Source: a phage
Strand: one strand, 5' to 3'
Sequence record: NC_111505.1
Length of the DNA: 64,000 bases
The notes under the pieces are model-generated. The model saw nothing but the letters and a program-made list of their open reading frames with translations. It searched no databases and was not told where the DNA came from. This document shows, piece by piece, positions 38,623 to 48,806 of this stretch. The position numbers and the translations under genes are program-made. Numbering within the stretch: position 1 is the first letter of the stretch; each line of letters opens with the position of its first letter.

Positions 38623-38937
38623 TTACCTTTTACTATGCTCTACAAGCATGTGTAAAATCTTTTGCACATCGGCTCTGATACCGGAGACATCTGTCCTGAC
38701 ATCTTGCTTAAGGTCGTTAATATCGGCCTCTAGCTTACTTAACCGGGTCTCAATAATGGAATCAAGTCTATCTTTTGTAACCATGCTATTTTTCACTAAA
38801 ATGAGGTCTTTCTCCAGCTCATCCAGCCTCTTGGAAATGCCTTTCCATTTGGTGTGCCACTGGTTGAAAGCCCATACACAGATCGGGACAACGGTACCCA
38901 TGCAGATACCGTACAGTGCCGCCAAATCCAACTCCAC
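38623..38937 (-). CDS. membrane-anchored coiled-coil protein
   Basis: 104 aa; N-terminal hydrophobic segment then heptad-like region (LDELEKDLILVKN...LEADINDLKQDV). Confidence 0.4.
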   Translation of the reverse strand: MELDLAALYGICMGTVVPICVWAFNQWHTKWKGISKRLDELEKDLILVKNSMVTKDRLDSIIETRLSKLEADINDLKQDVRTDVSGIRADVQKILHMLVEHSKR

Positions 38938-38948
38938 AACACCTCCTC

Positions 38949-39533
38949 TTAGAGGGTAGGTCGTTCCGGGAAGAAAATGTCAGGGGCTTTAGATGTATCT
39001 ATGTCAAGAAGTTTTACCCTGTACATTTTCAAATCTCTGATGTTGCGTTTTTGGTCATCAGTGAGATCGTATTCAAGGTCAATCATGTCTTGATAGGCAC
39101 CAATTCTAGCAGTAGCCCAAGCAAGTTCTGTCTCTATGACACCCTCTGCCTGTTGAACAAAGAATTCATTGTCTGTGACAAATTCATCACCAACTAAACG
39201 CAAAGCGTCGTGGTGGAGCATAATGTTTTCTGGTACCTCTTCTTTTTTGGCGATAACCACACGAAGACCTGGAGCAGGCCACAAGGCATCGGGTTCTTCT
39301 GTAGATGTCTTAAGAATACCCTTCTCGTCAACAAGTAGGAAGATACAACCCGGATTTTCTTGTCGTAATGTTCGTGATTGCACATACCAATCGCCATCAT
39401 CATTACGTAAAAAATATCCAGTGTATGCCGTATAATCCTCAACCTCCTGAGGAGTCAGCTCCTTGGTACCTTTGTTGGTGTGGTATTCGCCAGATCCCGG
39501 TTGGTAAAGCTTAAACTCTTGAAGTATTTTCAT
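38949..39533 (-). CDS. tfa: tail fibre assembly protein (lambda Tfa-like)
   Basis: 194 aa; C-terminal YRVKLLDIDTSKAPDIFFPERP resembles my recollection of the lambda Tfa C-terminus ([22 protein letters not shown]); follows a fibre gene. Confidence 0.6.
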   Translation of the reverse strand: MKILQEFKLYQPGSGEYHTNKGTKELTPQEVEDYTAYTGYFLRNDDGDWYVQSRTLRQENPGCIFLLVDEKGILKTSTEEPDALWPAPGLRVVIAKKEEVPENIMLHHDALRLVGDEFVTDNEFFVQQAEGVIETELAWATARIGAYQDMIDLEYDLTDDQKRNIRDLKMYRVKLLDIDTSKAPDIFFPERPTL

Positions 39534-39547
39534 GCTAGTCCTCCGAT

Positions 39548-40588
39548 CTACGCATAATTAACAGTGATCCATTGACCATTTACAAGTTTCTGTAAAGGCC
39601 CTGCCCAGTAGGTTGAACCACGCATCTCTTTTTTATCACCAAAATGCCAACCTGTGACAACGTAGCCGTTGCGAACTGGAGATTCAGAAACACCATCAAC
39701 AAGTCTTGCGCCGATTCTGATATCCTGTACACCTGTCTGCGGGATGGTGATCGTTACATCTCCGTTGCCGTTAGCCGTCACTCCATTCACAGAGCGCACC
39801 ACATTTCTGTTACCGACAACACAATGCTGGCTTCTTACAACCATACTGTCACAACTTGCACCTCCATTGACATATACTGACCCAGCCGTCAACTGACTAG
39901 CTACATTGCAGTTGGTGAATGTTGCTGCGCTGCTAATGGTGAGGCTATTACATCGCATGTTATCAACAACTTCAACATTGCCCACCACTTTCAACAACGC
40001 ACGATTAGCCGTGATCGCGTTCAGGTACATCAGGGTGAACTCTGGGTTAATGTCCGGCTGAGTTGGCTGGAATCTCCAACGGAACGCATCTACTGTGGAG
40101 GTGCCGCCATCATCAAACGCCCCAACATTATCACTTAACCCAAAGTCGAGAGTTGTCTTATCTGGGCCAATAGTTGTCTCTATCCAAGCCTTATCTGTAT
40201 CGGCAGCTTTAAAGTTGATACGTTGCAAACCCAATGGGCCTGTCATTGTATCACCTGTAACTTTCACATACCTGGCGTCTGCCTCTTCCTTAGTAATAAT
40301 ACCAAGGTTTCTACGGGCAACAGGGATGTTCAAAAGATCACTCAAGTTATTATCACGTACCAGATAACGGCCTTCTTGAGCGGGGATCTGCTCGTCAGCA
40401 ATGTATTTTGCCCAAGTCCCGAGCATATTGAAAATATAGTTAAGTTCTTCACAAGATGGCTTTTGACCAAGATCCCAACCTTTTCTCCACAAATCATCAA
40501 TCGGGCGTAGCCTGTTCTGTCTGTGGGTGTTAGGCAGAACCTGATCCTCCTCTGCCCAAATCTCTAATGGAAAACTAGGTTTTGACAT
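39548..40588 (-). CDS. tail fibre protein, paralog A
   Basis: 346 aa; paralog of 37489..38535; followed by the Tfa-like chaperone. Confidence 0.6.
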   Translation of the reverse strand: MSKPSFPLEIWAEEDQVLPNTHRQNRLRPIDDLWRKGWDLGQKPSCEELNYIFNMLGTWAKYIADEQIPAQEGRYLVRDNNLSDLLNIPVARRNLGIITKEEADARYVKVTGDTMTGPLGLQRINFKAADTDKAWIETTIGPDKTTLDFGLSDNVGAFDDGGTSTVDAFRWRFQPTQPDINPEFTLMYLNAITANRALLKVVGNVEVVDNMRCNSLTISSAATFTNCNVASQLTAGSVYVNGGASCDSMVVRSQHCVVGNRNVVRSVNGVTANGNGDVTITIPQTGVQDIRIGARLVDGVSESPVRNGYVVTGWHFGDKKEMRGSTYWAGPLQKLVNGQWITVNYA

Positions 40589-40600
40589 TTTATCTCCTGA

Positions 40601-42673
40601 TTATGAGAAGTCTGGCGGGACAACATCTTCTACATACCCTTTCAGAGCAACCTGCCCCATATGAAGCACGGTAGAATCTCTGGCGGTAACAGTGATGCTG
40701 TCAGACATTACTTGCGGGTATGCCCACACATACTGTTTTACCTCAGGGTATCTATACTCTATGGTTGCCATGTTTCCGCAAATACATCTCCATAAAAATT
40801 CTTGGTAATTCCTGGTTGGGTCGTAGCCATATACCGGAGCAAGCTCTTTGCTAGGAACGAACCCTGCAAGGTATTGTATTTCAGACGGTTGCCAACCTAA
40901 CTTAACGATAGGTATGTTTACAGACTCTTTTGCCTTTTCAATACCACCCTGCATCACCCAATCGTAGCACTCAGTGCAGAAGAAATCAAGAGCACCTGCT
41001 TCCTTTTTATATTGGTCAGCAAGGTTCAGCTTTTGCGTAAGCTCGGTTTCCATAATGGTCGGGAAAAACAGCAAAGCTGTCATCTGAGCCGATGCAGCGT
41101 GTGCTTTTATTGCCTTTGAAATAGCTGCAATACGAGCGCCAAGCTTACCACGACAAAATGCTACATACTTGTCATAAACACCGCCAGTTTTAGGATCGTC
41201 AATAGTCCCAATGTCTAGGGCATATTCACCAGTCTCATCATAAAACGCCTGTTTTGTAGGGTAGTCATAAATACAAGGTCTACGAGTATCGGTATTGTAC
41301 CACCACCACGGTTCACCAACCTGCATAATCACTGGCAGGTTGTTTCTCATAGCGGCTGATGCAAAATTCTTAAATACTGCAGTAAGGAAATTCATACCCT
41401 CTTCAATGGTTGGAGACAGGAGGTAACTACAAGGTGTATATCCTGTTTTAGCGTAGTTATCGTTCCAGTCTCTTTGGGTCCATTCCAACGGACAGGCATC
41501 GCTGAAAAGCTCAAAGCTTACAGACTGCATAACGTCGAAGTCATGTCGTTTGGCATTGTACATAAAGTCATCATGCCATTTATAAGCTGCAGCGTTTAGA
41601 GCCCCTGTTCTGTTTATAGACCATTGAGTTCCGGACCATGTGTAATCATAATAATGGCTCATACCAACATAATGGTTTATGGTTCCGGTATAGCCTAGAC
41701 GCTTGATATTGCTCAACACCCTTAAAGGAGATACGTTCCACATATCGTCATATGCTGTGCAGATCCCAACGTCGTGCTCTTTCACCTGGATATTGTTAAG
41801 TTGCATCATCTTCCAGCCTGTGTCCGGCTGAAGCAGATCTAGACGCAACTCGCACTCTACATTTTCCGTTCTTGGGTCTGTGCTATTACTTACCCAATCT
41901 TTAGGCATAAGTGGTATTAAAATCCTTCTCACCTGCCGAGGATCAACACCCATCATGTTGTTGTTCTGGTCCATCCCGACGCAGTCCTCGAAATCAATAT
42001 GAATTTCTGCAACATTCTTATCCTCTGAGATGCTGACAGCATATTGAGCTAAAGGAACATAGATGATTGTGCCGTCAACAAGGTCTACAGTCATAATCAT
42101 CTTTTCAGGGGTGGAGAAGTTGCTGGCATTAGTTATTGACATTCTGAACCAAAGCTTGGTGTTTCTCATCTCATAGTGATCATCAAATCCAATGCCGAAA
42201 TGGTCATACTTGTCAACTGTTTCCCAAATGCACCCAGCCATGCCGCCATATGTTCTTGACACTAAACGGTTAATACAGCAGTTATTATCCGCAACAATAC
42301 AGGTGCTTTCAGTTTGCTGTGTGGTTGTAACCCAATATCTTGGGTGAAACATTCTCTCCTCAACGGTATCCCAAGATATTCTGTCAAGATTCTCATCTGA
42401 AACTATTGTACATTTCGCTCTTTGTGTTCCAATCATAACCCCTTGGGAGTTTGATGAAAACTCCATAAAGAAGCTTCTTGGCAACCTGTTTGGCAATTTG
42501 TCAACAATTTCTACAGGGATCTCAATACTGGTTGCCCCAACCGGGATAGTTACATCTCCCTCAACATGATCATAATCTCTACCTGGAACTGCAGTATCCT
42601 GAACTGTGCGGTAATGAAACCGTGCAGCCATCGTAGAGTAATCACGGTAAGGTTTAAAAACAGCTGTTGCCAT
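40601..42673 (-). CDS. tail or baseplate-associated protein with Calx-beta-like N-terminal motif
   Basis: 690 aa; DTAVPGRDYDHVEGDVTIPVGATSIEIPVEIVDK resembles Calx-beta; W/Y-rich C-terminal region. Confidence 0.4.
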   Translation of the reverse strand: MATAVFKPYRDYSTMAARFHYRTVQDTAVPGRDYDHVEGDVTIPVGATSIEIPVEIVDKLPNRLPRSFFMEFSSNSQGVMIGTQRAKCTIVSDENLDRISWDTVEERMFHPRYWVTTTQQTESTCIVADNNCCINRLVSRTYGGMAGCIWETVDKYDHFGIGFDDHYEMRNTKLWFRMSITNASNFSTPEKMIMTVDLVDGTIIYVPLAQYAVSISEDKNVAEIHIDFEDCVGMDQNNNMMGVDPRQVRRILIPLMPKDWVSNSTDPRTENVECELRLDLLQPDTGWKMMQLNNIQVKEHDVGICTAYDDMWNVSPLRVLSNIKRLGYTGTINHYVGMSHYYDYTWSGTQWSINRTGALNAAAYKWHDDFMYNAKRHDFDVMQSVSFELFSDACPLEWTQRDWNDNYAKTGYTPCSYLLSPTIEEGMNFLTAVFKNFASAAMRNNLPVIMQVGEPWWWYNTDTRRPCIYDYPTKQAFYDETGEYALDIGTIDDPKTGGVYDKYVAFCRGKLGARIAAISKAIKAHAASAQMTALLFFPTIMETELTQKLNLADQYKKEAGALDFFCTECYDWVMQGGIEKAKESVNIPIVKLGWQPSEIQYLAGFVPSKELAPVYGYDPTRNYQEFLWRCICGNMATIEYRYPEVKQYVWAYPQVMSDSITVTARDSTVLHMGQVALKGYVEDVVPPDFS

Positions 42674-43359
42674 TAACCCTCCTGTCTAGTTGCGTTTACT
42701 GTAATACTTTCACAATAAATGGTTGTGGTGTCCCAATCAGGTCTTACGTCAGGAACATACAACAAAGTAGCCAGCCCACCAACTCCGAATTGGTTTTCTT
42801 CCCACACCGATCCGAAGCCAAGAGCTGTAGAGTCCCCTTCAAAACCAAAAGCTTGCCCTTGAGATTCTGTAAGACGCAAATGACAAGGCAATGGTAGCAT
42901 GTCTAAGATCTGATCAATAGACTGCAATATGTCAAAGCAAGTTTTTCTAATATTTATGTCAAACCTGAAGTTGTCCCCTTTCCACGTATCGAAATTGTCT
43001 CTTCCGAACAATTGTCGCAAGGTTGAGATGACATCTTCACGAGTCCCGCCTCTCGATGCTGCTGCCTGCTGAATAATCAGGGTGGCACGAAAATCAGCAT
43101 CTGAAAGCCCATTCCGAAGAATACCGAGTTGATTACCAACTTCGTCAAGGTATCTTCCGCTGGCATTGTTAAGCAATCTTCCTTCAGCCAAACCTACCAG
43201 CATCTTATCAACATTCTCCAACCTTTTAAGGTACACGGTTAAGAATGTGACTAAATTAACCTTCTCAGCCAGAAAATCTCCAGGCAGGTAGTCAAGACCC
43301 CCCTGAACAAAATCTGGCAGAGTGTGGATGTGGTTAACATCCGACTTAATCCCTGCCAT
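42673..43359 (-). CDS. putative baseplate protein
   Basis: 228 aa; position next to the J-family-like gene. Confidence 0.35.
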   Translation of the reverse strand: MAGIKSDVNHIHTLPDFVQGGLDYLPGDFLAEKVNLVTFLTVYLKRLENVDKMLVGLAEGRLLNNASGRYLDEVGNQLGILRNGLSDADFRATLIIQQAAASRGGTREDVISTLRQLFGRDNFDTWKGDNFRFDINIRKTCFDILQSIDQILDMLPLPCHLRLTESQGQAFGFEGDSTALGFGSVWEENQFGVGGLATLLYVPDVRPDWDTTTIYCESITVNATRQEG

Positions 43360-43370
43360 ATTCCGCCGCC

Positions 43371-44861
43371 TTAAATAGTTTGTTGGAAAGTTATATTACT
43401 TTCATCGAGGTCAAACACCTCGGTCATGTTTGCAACAATATCGTTTGTGGTGTAAGCTTCGTCAGAGGCTCCCACAGGTTTAACTTGAATTACCAATCTG
43501 TTAAATCTGCCTATCGACACAGCAGCTGATGCAGCACCTACCAATTGGATATTGTACAACGTATCGGCGACATCCAAGCCGTTAACAACCTGCAAAAGAG
43601 CCTCTGTAATGGCATCTTTTTCGGTAGTAGAAAGAGCAGCACCTGAGTAGGTAATTATCATATCCAGGCGGTAAGTGTTTGCCTTAGAATAATAAATCCT
43701 TTCAGTCTGACCGTCTGATGTGGTAATATCGTAGAAGATATTCCCATAAGTTCTGTTTGTGCAAGCTATGGTTTGATACAGCGCCTGACAGATATCCTCT
43801 GTTGCACCACCAAACACCACCACTTGAAACTTATAAGGTGGTATACCTTTCGCATCCGTTTTATCGGTGTTGTTAGAGAACACTCTTACTTTCTCAACAC
43901 CTTTCACTTCGCTTACAGCGCTAAGGATTGCAGGGCGGGTAGCTTTAGATGTCAACTGTTTAGTGCTGGAAGCTCTTAGGCGATACTCTGAGTCCTTCTC
44001 AACATCCCTACCCTCATTGAATCTTTCTCGGTTGGTAAGCTTGATAAATCCGCTGGGAGTAGGCGACATTGTTGTTACAGTTTCTGCCTCTCTTGACAGC
44101 TCACCTGCCTCGTTAGCGATAACATCTAGGGTGATAGTTCTTTCACCTACAATCGGGGATACTCTGAAATCTACTCTGCTATTAAGCCCAACTTGATCAA
44201 GATTCGAATTGTATCCTATCCACAACGTTCCTGTCAACATATCTATCTGAATTAAATCGTCGTTCAACAGGGTTGTGTTATCTACAATAAATTGCTTAAT
44301 CTCGCCGTAAAAGCTTGGTAAATCAGAAGAGTCCAGAGACTTATCGGTTAAAACCAGACTTTTTGTTTTGATACTTCCATCTGTCTGGTTGGTAATTTGA
44401 AAGTTGTATTTACCGATTCTTAGATCTGGAGCGTTTATCCTGTGAGCAATAAGATTCCCCGCCACCTGCACGTCACTGCTAAGAACAAAGTTGCCACTAT
44501 CCAGCGTGTAGGTTTTGGAATCATAAATCATATTGTACGGCACAGTTGTGTTAATTGTCAACTGGCAAGTGCCTGATGATTTAGAACGACCTCTCCGGTA
44601 AATACCTTGCCTTCCAAGAAGTTCATCAAGGTAAATACCTTCTGCCCCATACAGCGTCTGGGATGCGTATACAGATGCTGCCATAAGAATAAGTTGATAC
44701 TCTCGCTCGTTGAAGATAGTGGTCAGCTTATCTGCAACGGAGTTACTTTGTACGTTGAAGTTTTCGCCAAAAGCACGGATCAGGCTTTGCTTAGTTTCAA
44801 CGATTAGGTCATTTAGGGTTGGTATAACGAAACCAGCCTCGGTCAATCCATACTTAGCCAC
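43371..44861 (-). CDS. putative baseplate J-family-like protein
   Basis: 496 aa; assignment by N-terminal resemblance and gene context only. Confidence 0.35.
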   Translation of the reverse strand: MAKYGLTEAGFVIPTLNDLIVETKQSLIRAFGENFNVQSNSVADKLTTIFNEREYQLILMAASVYASQTLYGAEGIYLDELLGRQGIYRRGRSKSSGTCQLTINTTVPYNMIYDSKTYTLDSGNFVLSSDVQVAGNLIAHRINAPDLRIGKYNFQITNQTDGSIKTKSLVLTDKSLDSSDLPSFYGEIKQFIVDNTTLLNDDLIQIDMLTGTLWIGYNSNLDQVGLNSRVDFRVSPIVGERTITLDVIANEAGELSREAETVTTMSPTPSGFIKLTNRERFNEGRDVEKDSEYRLRASSTKQLTSKATRPAILSAVSEVKGVEKVRVFSNNTDKTDAKGIPPYKFQVVVFGGATEDICQALYQTIACTNRTYGNIFYDITTSDGQTERIYYSKANTYRLDMIITYSGAALSTTEKDAITEALLQVVNGLDVADTLYNIQLVGAASAAVSIGRFNRLVIQVKPVGASDEAYTTNDIVANMTEVFDLDESNITFQQTI

Positions 44862-44930
44862 GTCACTCCTCCGGTATGAAAATCTCTACAAGGTATTTTA
44901 CCAAATTTTGTAACAATAGTCAATCTGAGC

Positions 44931-44958
44931 ATAAAAATAAACCCCGCCGAAGCGGGGC
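44931..44958 (-). terminator. rho-independent terminator
   Basis: CCCCGC-CGAA-GCGGGG hairpin + minus-strand UUUAUUUUUAU right after the 1279-aa gene. Confidence 0.5.
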
Positions 44959-44966
44959 TTTAAAGG

Positions 44967-47900
44967 TTAGTCGTGAGACTCGTTCCAAGGTCCCTGGAAG
45001 CTAGAGTTTGAACGACTTACTACAACGGTAGGACAGGATATTGTGATGCCTGTCACGTTCCCTGTTGACCACGGCGTGTAAATTTCAACGATAATGTCTA
45101 TGGTTTGTTCTCCAAGGCCTGTTATCCCGATAGCGCACATACCGTCATTGTCGTTTCCGTACTTCTTGCCAGCAAGGAGCTGATGACCAGCTATCCACGC
45201 ATTCAGTTGAGAGTTGGCACGCGTACCGTTCAGTTTAAAGAAGAATGTTACGTTCTTACCTTGGCCTTGTACGTTGTCCACATATCTCCATCTCCAACGG
45301 CAAACCCTTTGCTGGGAGTTATATACTGGAGCACAATCCCCGTAAGTCCTGTGTGCAACAATTGCACCTTCGAACTGGTTAGCGCGGATAACAGAAGCTT
45401 CTACACGACCACGGAAGGTACCTCCGGTTGCATCTATGGTGCCTCTAAAGCTACCATTATTGGCATAAACATCCCCACGGAAGGTACCACTAGTGGCGTT
45501 AACTGCCCCTGTGAAGTTACCAGAACTGGCGTTGATGTTGCCTTTCACCCACACATCCATAAATTGGGCGTGCCCGTTCTTGTTAATATACCAACCGTAT
45601 TTATGGTACCCGTTGCCATCGTAGTTGTTTGACGAAATTTCTTGTGCAATCTTGGCAGAAGAGATCGTCCCGTTCTCTATAAAAGCATCTTTCAAGAACG
45701 CTTGGTTGTTCTTGATTGCGAAAGCAAGGGTTGCTGTTCCATTTCCAGGGTTGTATACCGCAAAGTTGTTTGCACTAACCATGAAGTATGATTGTACTTG
45801 GCCTCCAGAACCTTCCATGCCCAATTGGATACCTGCCACATACTTATTCCCTGCGGAGTCTACCTGTATTTTTGTGCCCCATTGAGCATTTACTTTGCCC
45901 TCTAAGTCGGTCACAGCCTTAGATGTTGTAGCCACTGCAGCTCTTAGCTCTGATACATCCCCAACATCATCAATGATCTCCTGCTTAGCAACAGCAAGTT
46001 CTTGACGAATAGCTGACGCTGTGCCATTAATAAGATCCACGGTTGCTTTGTTGGTATCGGAGATTGTAGCATCTAGAGCTGTTTTTGTGGAGGTCAGTTT
46101 ACCATCCAAATCCGCAATCGCCTGTTTGTTGGTAGAAATCTCCCCACGTGCAGAAGTTATCTGCTCCGACAGTGCGGAGGTTTTCTGATTCAACAAATCT
46201 GTGGTGGCCTTGTTGGTATTGGCAATCAGGGTATTGAGATCAGTTTTTGCGGTAGTTATCTTACCATCAAGGGTGGTATAGTTCTTAGATACTGTCGCGT
46301 TTGTCTGACTGATCTTTTGATCCAGAGTTTCAGAGGTCCTGTTGAGAAGATCCACTGTCGCCTGGTTGGTGCTTAAGATGCTTGCATCAAGTTCCGTTCT
46401 CTGGGTATTGATCTTGCCATCTAGAGTTTTATCTCCAGCAAGGTATCCGCTCTCCACACCACTTATTTGTTCTACCAACTCCCCTTTGGCTGCAACCAAT
46501 TTCTCGTCCAAAGCCTCTGTCTTTTTGTTCAGAAGATCAGTGGTTGCTTTATTGGTTGTCTCAATCAGGGATGCCAATCTTCCACTTTCAGTGTTCAAAT
46601 CGTTGGTGAACTTGTTCTGTGCAGCAACAAGTTTCCTATCCAGCGCTGTGATATTGCCATTGACATCCTCAAACTTCTGAGTTGTCTCTGTAACTACCGC
46701 ACCTATTCTGTCTCCAAGTTGCTGGAATGCCTCATCTACCCTACCATCCATGTACCTGTTAAGTTCTGTGACACGATTTTCAACCTCTTCAATAGAGGAA
46801 TCCAAAGTGCTCATCAACTCTTTATAAGTTTCTGTCTTTTTGAATTCAGCATCTATCTGAGGCATCAAATCCTCAATAGAGGTGTAGCAGCGTGCAGCGC
46901 ATTCTACAAACTGAGAACTGCCAAAAGCGTTTGTGGTCCGAATATACCAATAATAAACCTTATCGTTCTGCAGACCTTCAGATGTCCAAGTTGAACCAAC
47001 ACCCATACGGGTGGCGTTTGAAGTAACGGTTGCATCACTGGTGTCGGGCAACCTTGTCATACCGGATGTCCAAAAGTCATACTGGGTGCTTACACTTGCC
47101 AAATCCCTGCTGTGTGGAATCAAGGTGATAGCAAAGTATCCCTGCTTAACCTCTACAGAAACCGGAGCCTCAGGTGCCTGAATGTTAAACTCGCAGTACG
47201 CTTCTGGAGATACACCACCTTTATAAGATGTTGCAACCACGGTTGCTGTGTATGACCCTTTGGTCAAACCTTCTACTCTGACAAACTGCTCAACTGTCTG
47301 TGCTGTCCAAACAATCTCTCCGTTCTTTCTTACCTGCACAATATTTTGAGCGTAAGTCCCAACGTTGTCCCAAGCTAAAACACCGTGAGTTACTTCTCCA
47401 GCTTGGAGAACGGAATATCTGAAGTTTTGCGGTTGAGCTACACCAGATGGGGATATCGGAATATCTACATCGCCAGAATCCGGAAGTTGCCCTGTGGCAT
47501 CATTCCACTCTTTAGCATCTTGACGAAGTTTTACCTTGACACCGCCCTTTTTGGTGAACTCCCATTCAAGAACCCTCATTTCTTGGCCCACTATACCAAT
47601 ACTTGGGAGGTCCATTGTAACATAACGGCCAGGCTTAAATTTAAAACCTCGCATATTGCAGGTGACTTCAATAATCCTGCCAGCTCTAGCACGTCTTAAG
47701 AAGATTGCAGAAACACGTTGAGCTTGATAAGGACTGGTAACAAAGCGATAGTCTATATCGATTATCTTTCTTTCTCCATCCTTCTCTATCCACTCTGGTA
47801 CAAACACTGATGGGAAATCTGTTTCAGAATACCCTTTGGTCGGACTAGTGAATCTGCCAGTTATTGTGTTAGATCTTTTGTCAAATGAGGCTTCCGGATA

Positions 47901-48806
47901 GATCTTAACCTCACCACAGACACAGTCCTCCCTCAATGTCATTGTTGCCGGACCATAGTATGCACCAACCAGCAAACCATACTTACCAGCAACATAACTA
48001 AGGTCTGCACCGCAAGCTTTCAGCATTTCTGCCATAATACTTGCTGGGGCCTCATCCATGTCAAACTCACCGTTAATGGTGTAACGTCGCTCACTGGTGC
48101 CGTCAGCGTTTTTTACCGCCTCGTCGCATATGTTGGCAGCCTCCCTGAAGGACTCCCAGTTGATGGTTTCGTCAGGACATTTAAGGTATGTTCTTAAATA
48201 GTCCAGAATCACCAAGGCAGCGTTATTGGTATACACCTCTTTACTGGTGCGAGGATCATAGCATTTTTTACCAACCTTAACGAGTGTTACGTTTGGCAAC
48301 CCAAAAGGAAACTTGTTAGGGTCAAACCTAAAGCTGACCCGTAGCCAACTGATCCCTCTGCCTATCATGTCCGGTGACCACGATGGGCAGTGTGTTCCCA
48401 TAAAAGGATCAGAGGTTTTTCTGTCGTTATGTAGCTCCCACGATACCAAATCCCCATACGAAGAAATAGGATTACCGTCGATAAGTATATCTTCTATACC
48501 TTCTAGAGGGTGATTGGCAAGAACAATGGCACAATGGAGGGTTCTGTCTCTATCCTGCTCCAAAAATGCAAGCAATCCAGATGTACGTGTCTTCCCATAT
48601 ACTACAGAACAAGGTGCAGCAGAAGATCTAAGAAGCTTTTGCCTATCTTGCTGACTTCTGTAAGATTTGTTACCCTCGAAAATCTTATCCAGAGTTCTGG
48701 TGGTAACAGTGTTCAGGCTGTCAGCCAGAGCTGCCTTGGATGCGTTCCAGTCATAGCTTGAAGATCTTGCAGAAGCAACGATGTTATCAATCATTGCAAT
48801 TGGCAT
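44967..48806 (-). CDS. central tail fibre / host specificity protein (J-like) with coiled-coil repeats and fibre tip
   Basis: 1279 aa; N-terminal 450 aa resemble the lambda J / GTA g15 tail-protein family; tandem repeats in the middle; C-terminal GxFRG repeats. Confidence 0.5.
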   Translation of the reverse strand: MPIAMIDNIVASARSSSYDWNASKAALADSLNTVTTRTLDKIFEGNKSYRSQQDRQKLLRSSAAPCSVVYGKTRTSGLLAFLEQDRDRTLHCAIVLANHPLEGIEDILIDGNPISSYGDLVSWELHNDRKTSDPFMGTHCPSWSPDMIGRGISWLRVSFRFDPNKFPFGLPNVTLVKVGKKCYDPRTSKEVYTNNAALVILDYLRTYLKCPDETINWESFREAANICDEAVKNADGTSERRYTINGEFDMDEAPASIMAEMLKACGADLSYVAGKYGLLVGAYYGPATMTLREDCVCGEVKIYPEASFDKRSNTITGRFTSPTKGYSETDFPSVFVPEWIEKDGERKIIDIDYRFVTSPYQAQRVSAIFLRRARAGRIIEVTCNMRGFKFKPGRYVTMDLPSIGIVGQEMRVLEWEFTKKGGVKVKLRQDAKEWNDATGQLPDSGDVDIPISPSGVAQPQNFRYSVLQAGEVTHGVLAWDNVGTYAQNIVQVRKNGEIVWTAQTVEQFVRVEGLTKGSYTATVVATSYKGGVSPEAYCEFNIQAPEAPVSVEVKQGYFAITLIPHSRDLASVSTQYDFWTSGMTRLPDTSDATVTSNATRMGVGSTWTSEGLQNDKVYYWYIRTTNAFGSSQFVECAARCYTSIEDLMPQIDAEFKKTETYKELMSTLDSSIEEVENRVTELNRYMDGRVDEAFQQLGDRIGAVVTETTQKFEDVNGNITALDRKLVAAQNKFTNDLNTESGRLASLIETTNKATTDLLNKKTEALDEKLVAAKGELVEQISGVESGYLAGDKTLDGKINTQRTELDASILSTNQATVDLLNRTSETLDQKISQTNATVSKNYTTLDGKITTAKTDLNTLIANTNKATTDLLNQKTSALSEQITSARGEISTNKQAIADLDGKLTSTKTALDATISDTNKATVDLINGTASAIRQELAVAKQEIIDDVGDVSELRAAVATTSKAVTDLEGKVNAQWGTKIQVDSAGNKYVAGIQLGMEGSGGQVQSYFMVSANNFAVYNPGNGTATLAFAIKNNQAFLKDAFIENGTISSAKIAQEISSNNYDGNGYHKYGWYINKNGHAQFMDVWVKGNINASSGNFTGAVNATSGTFRGDVYANNGSFRGTIDATGGTFRGRVEASVIRANQFEGAIVAHRTYGDCAPVYNSQQRVCRWRWRYVDNVQGQGKNVTFFFKLNGTRANSQLNAWIAGHQLLAGKKYGNDNDGMCAIGITGLGEQTIDIIVEIYTPWSTGNVTGITISCPTVVVSRSNSSFQGPWNESHD
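45950..46750 (-). repeat. imperfect tandem repeats encoding coiled-coil modules within the J-like gene
   Basis: four to five units of about 50 aa (TNKATTDLLNKKT, TNQATVDLLNRTS, TNKATTDLLNQKT, TNKATVDLINGTA); DNA units recur at about 160-190 nt; coordinates approximate. Confidence 0.5.
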
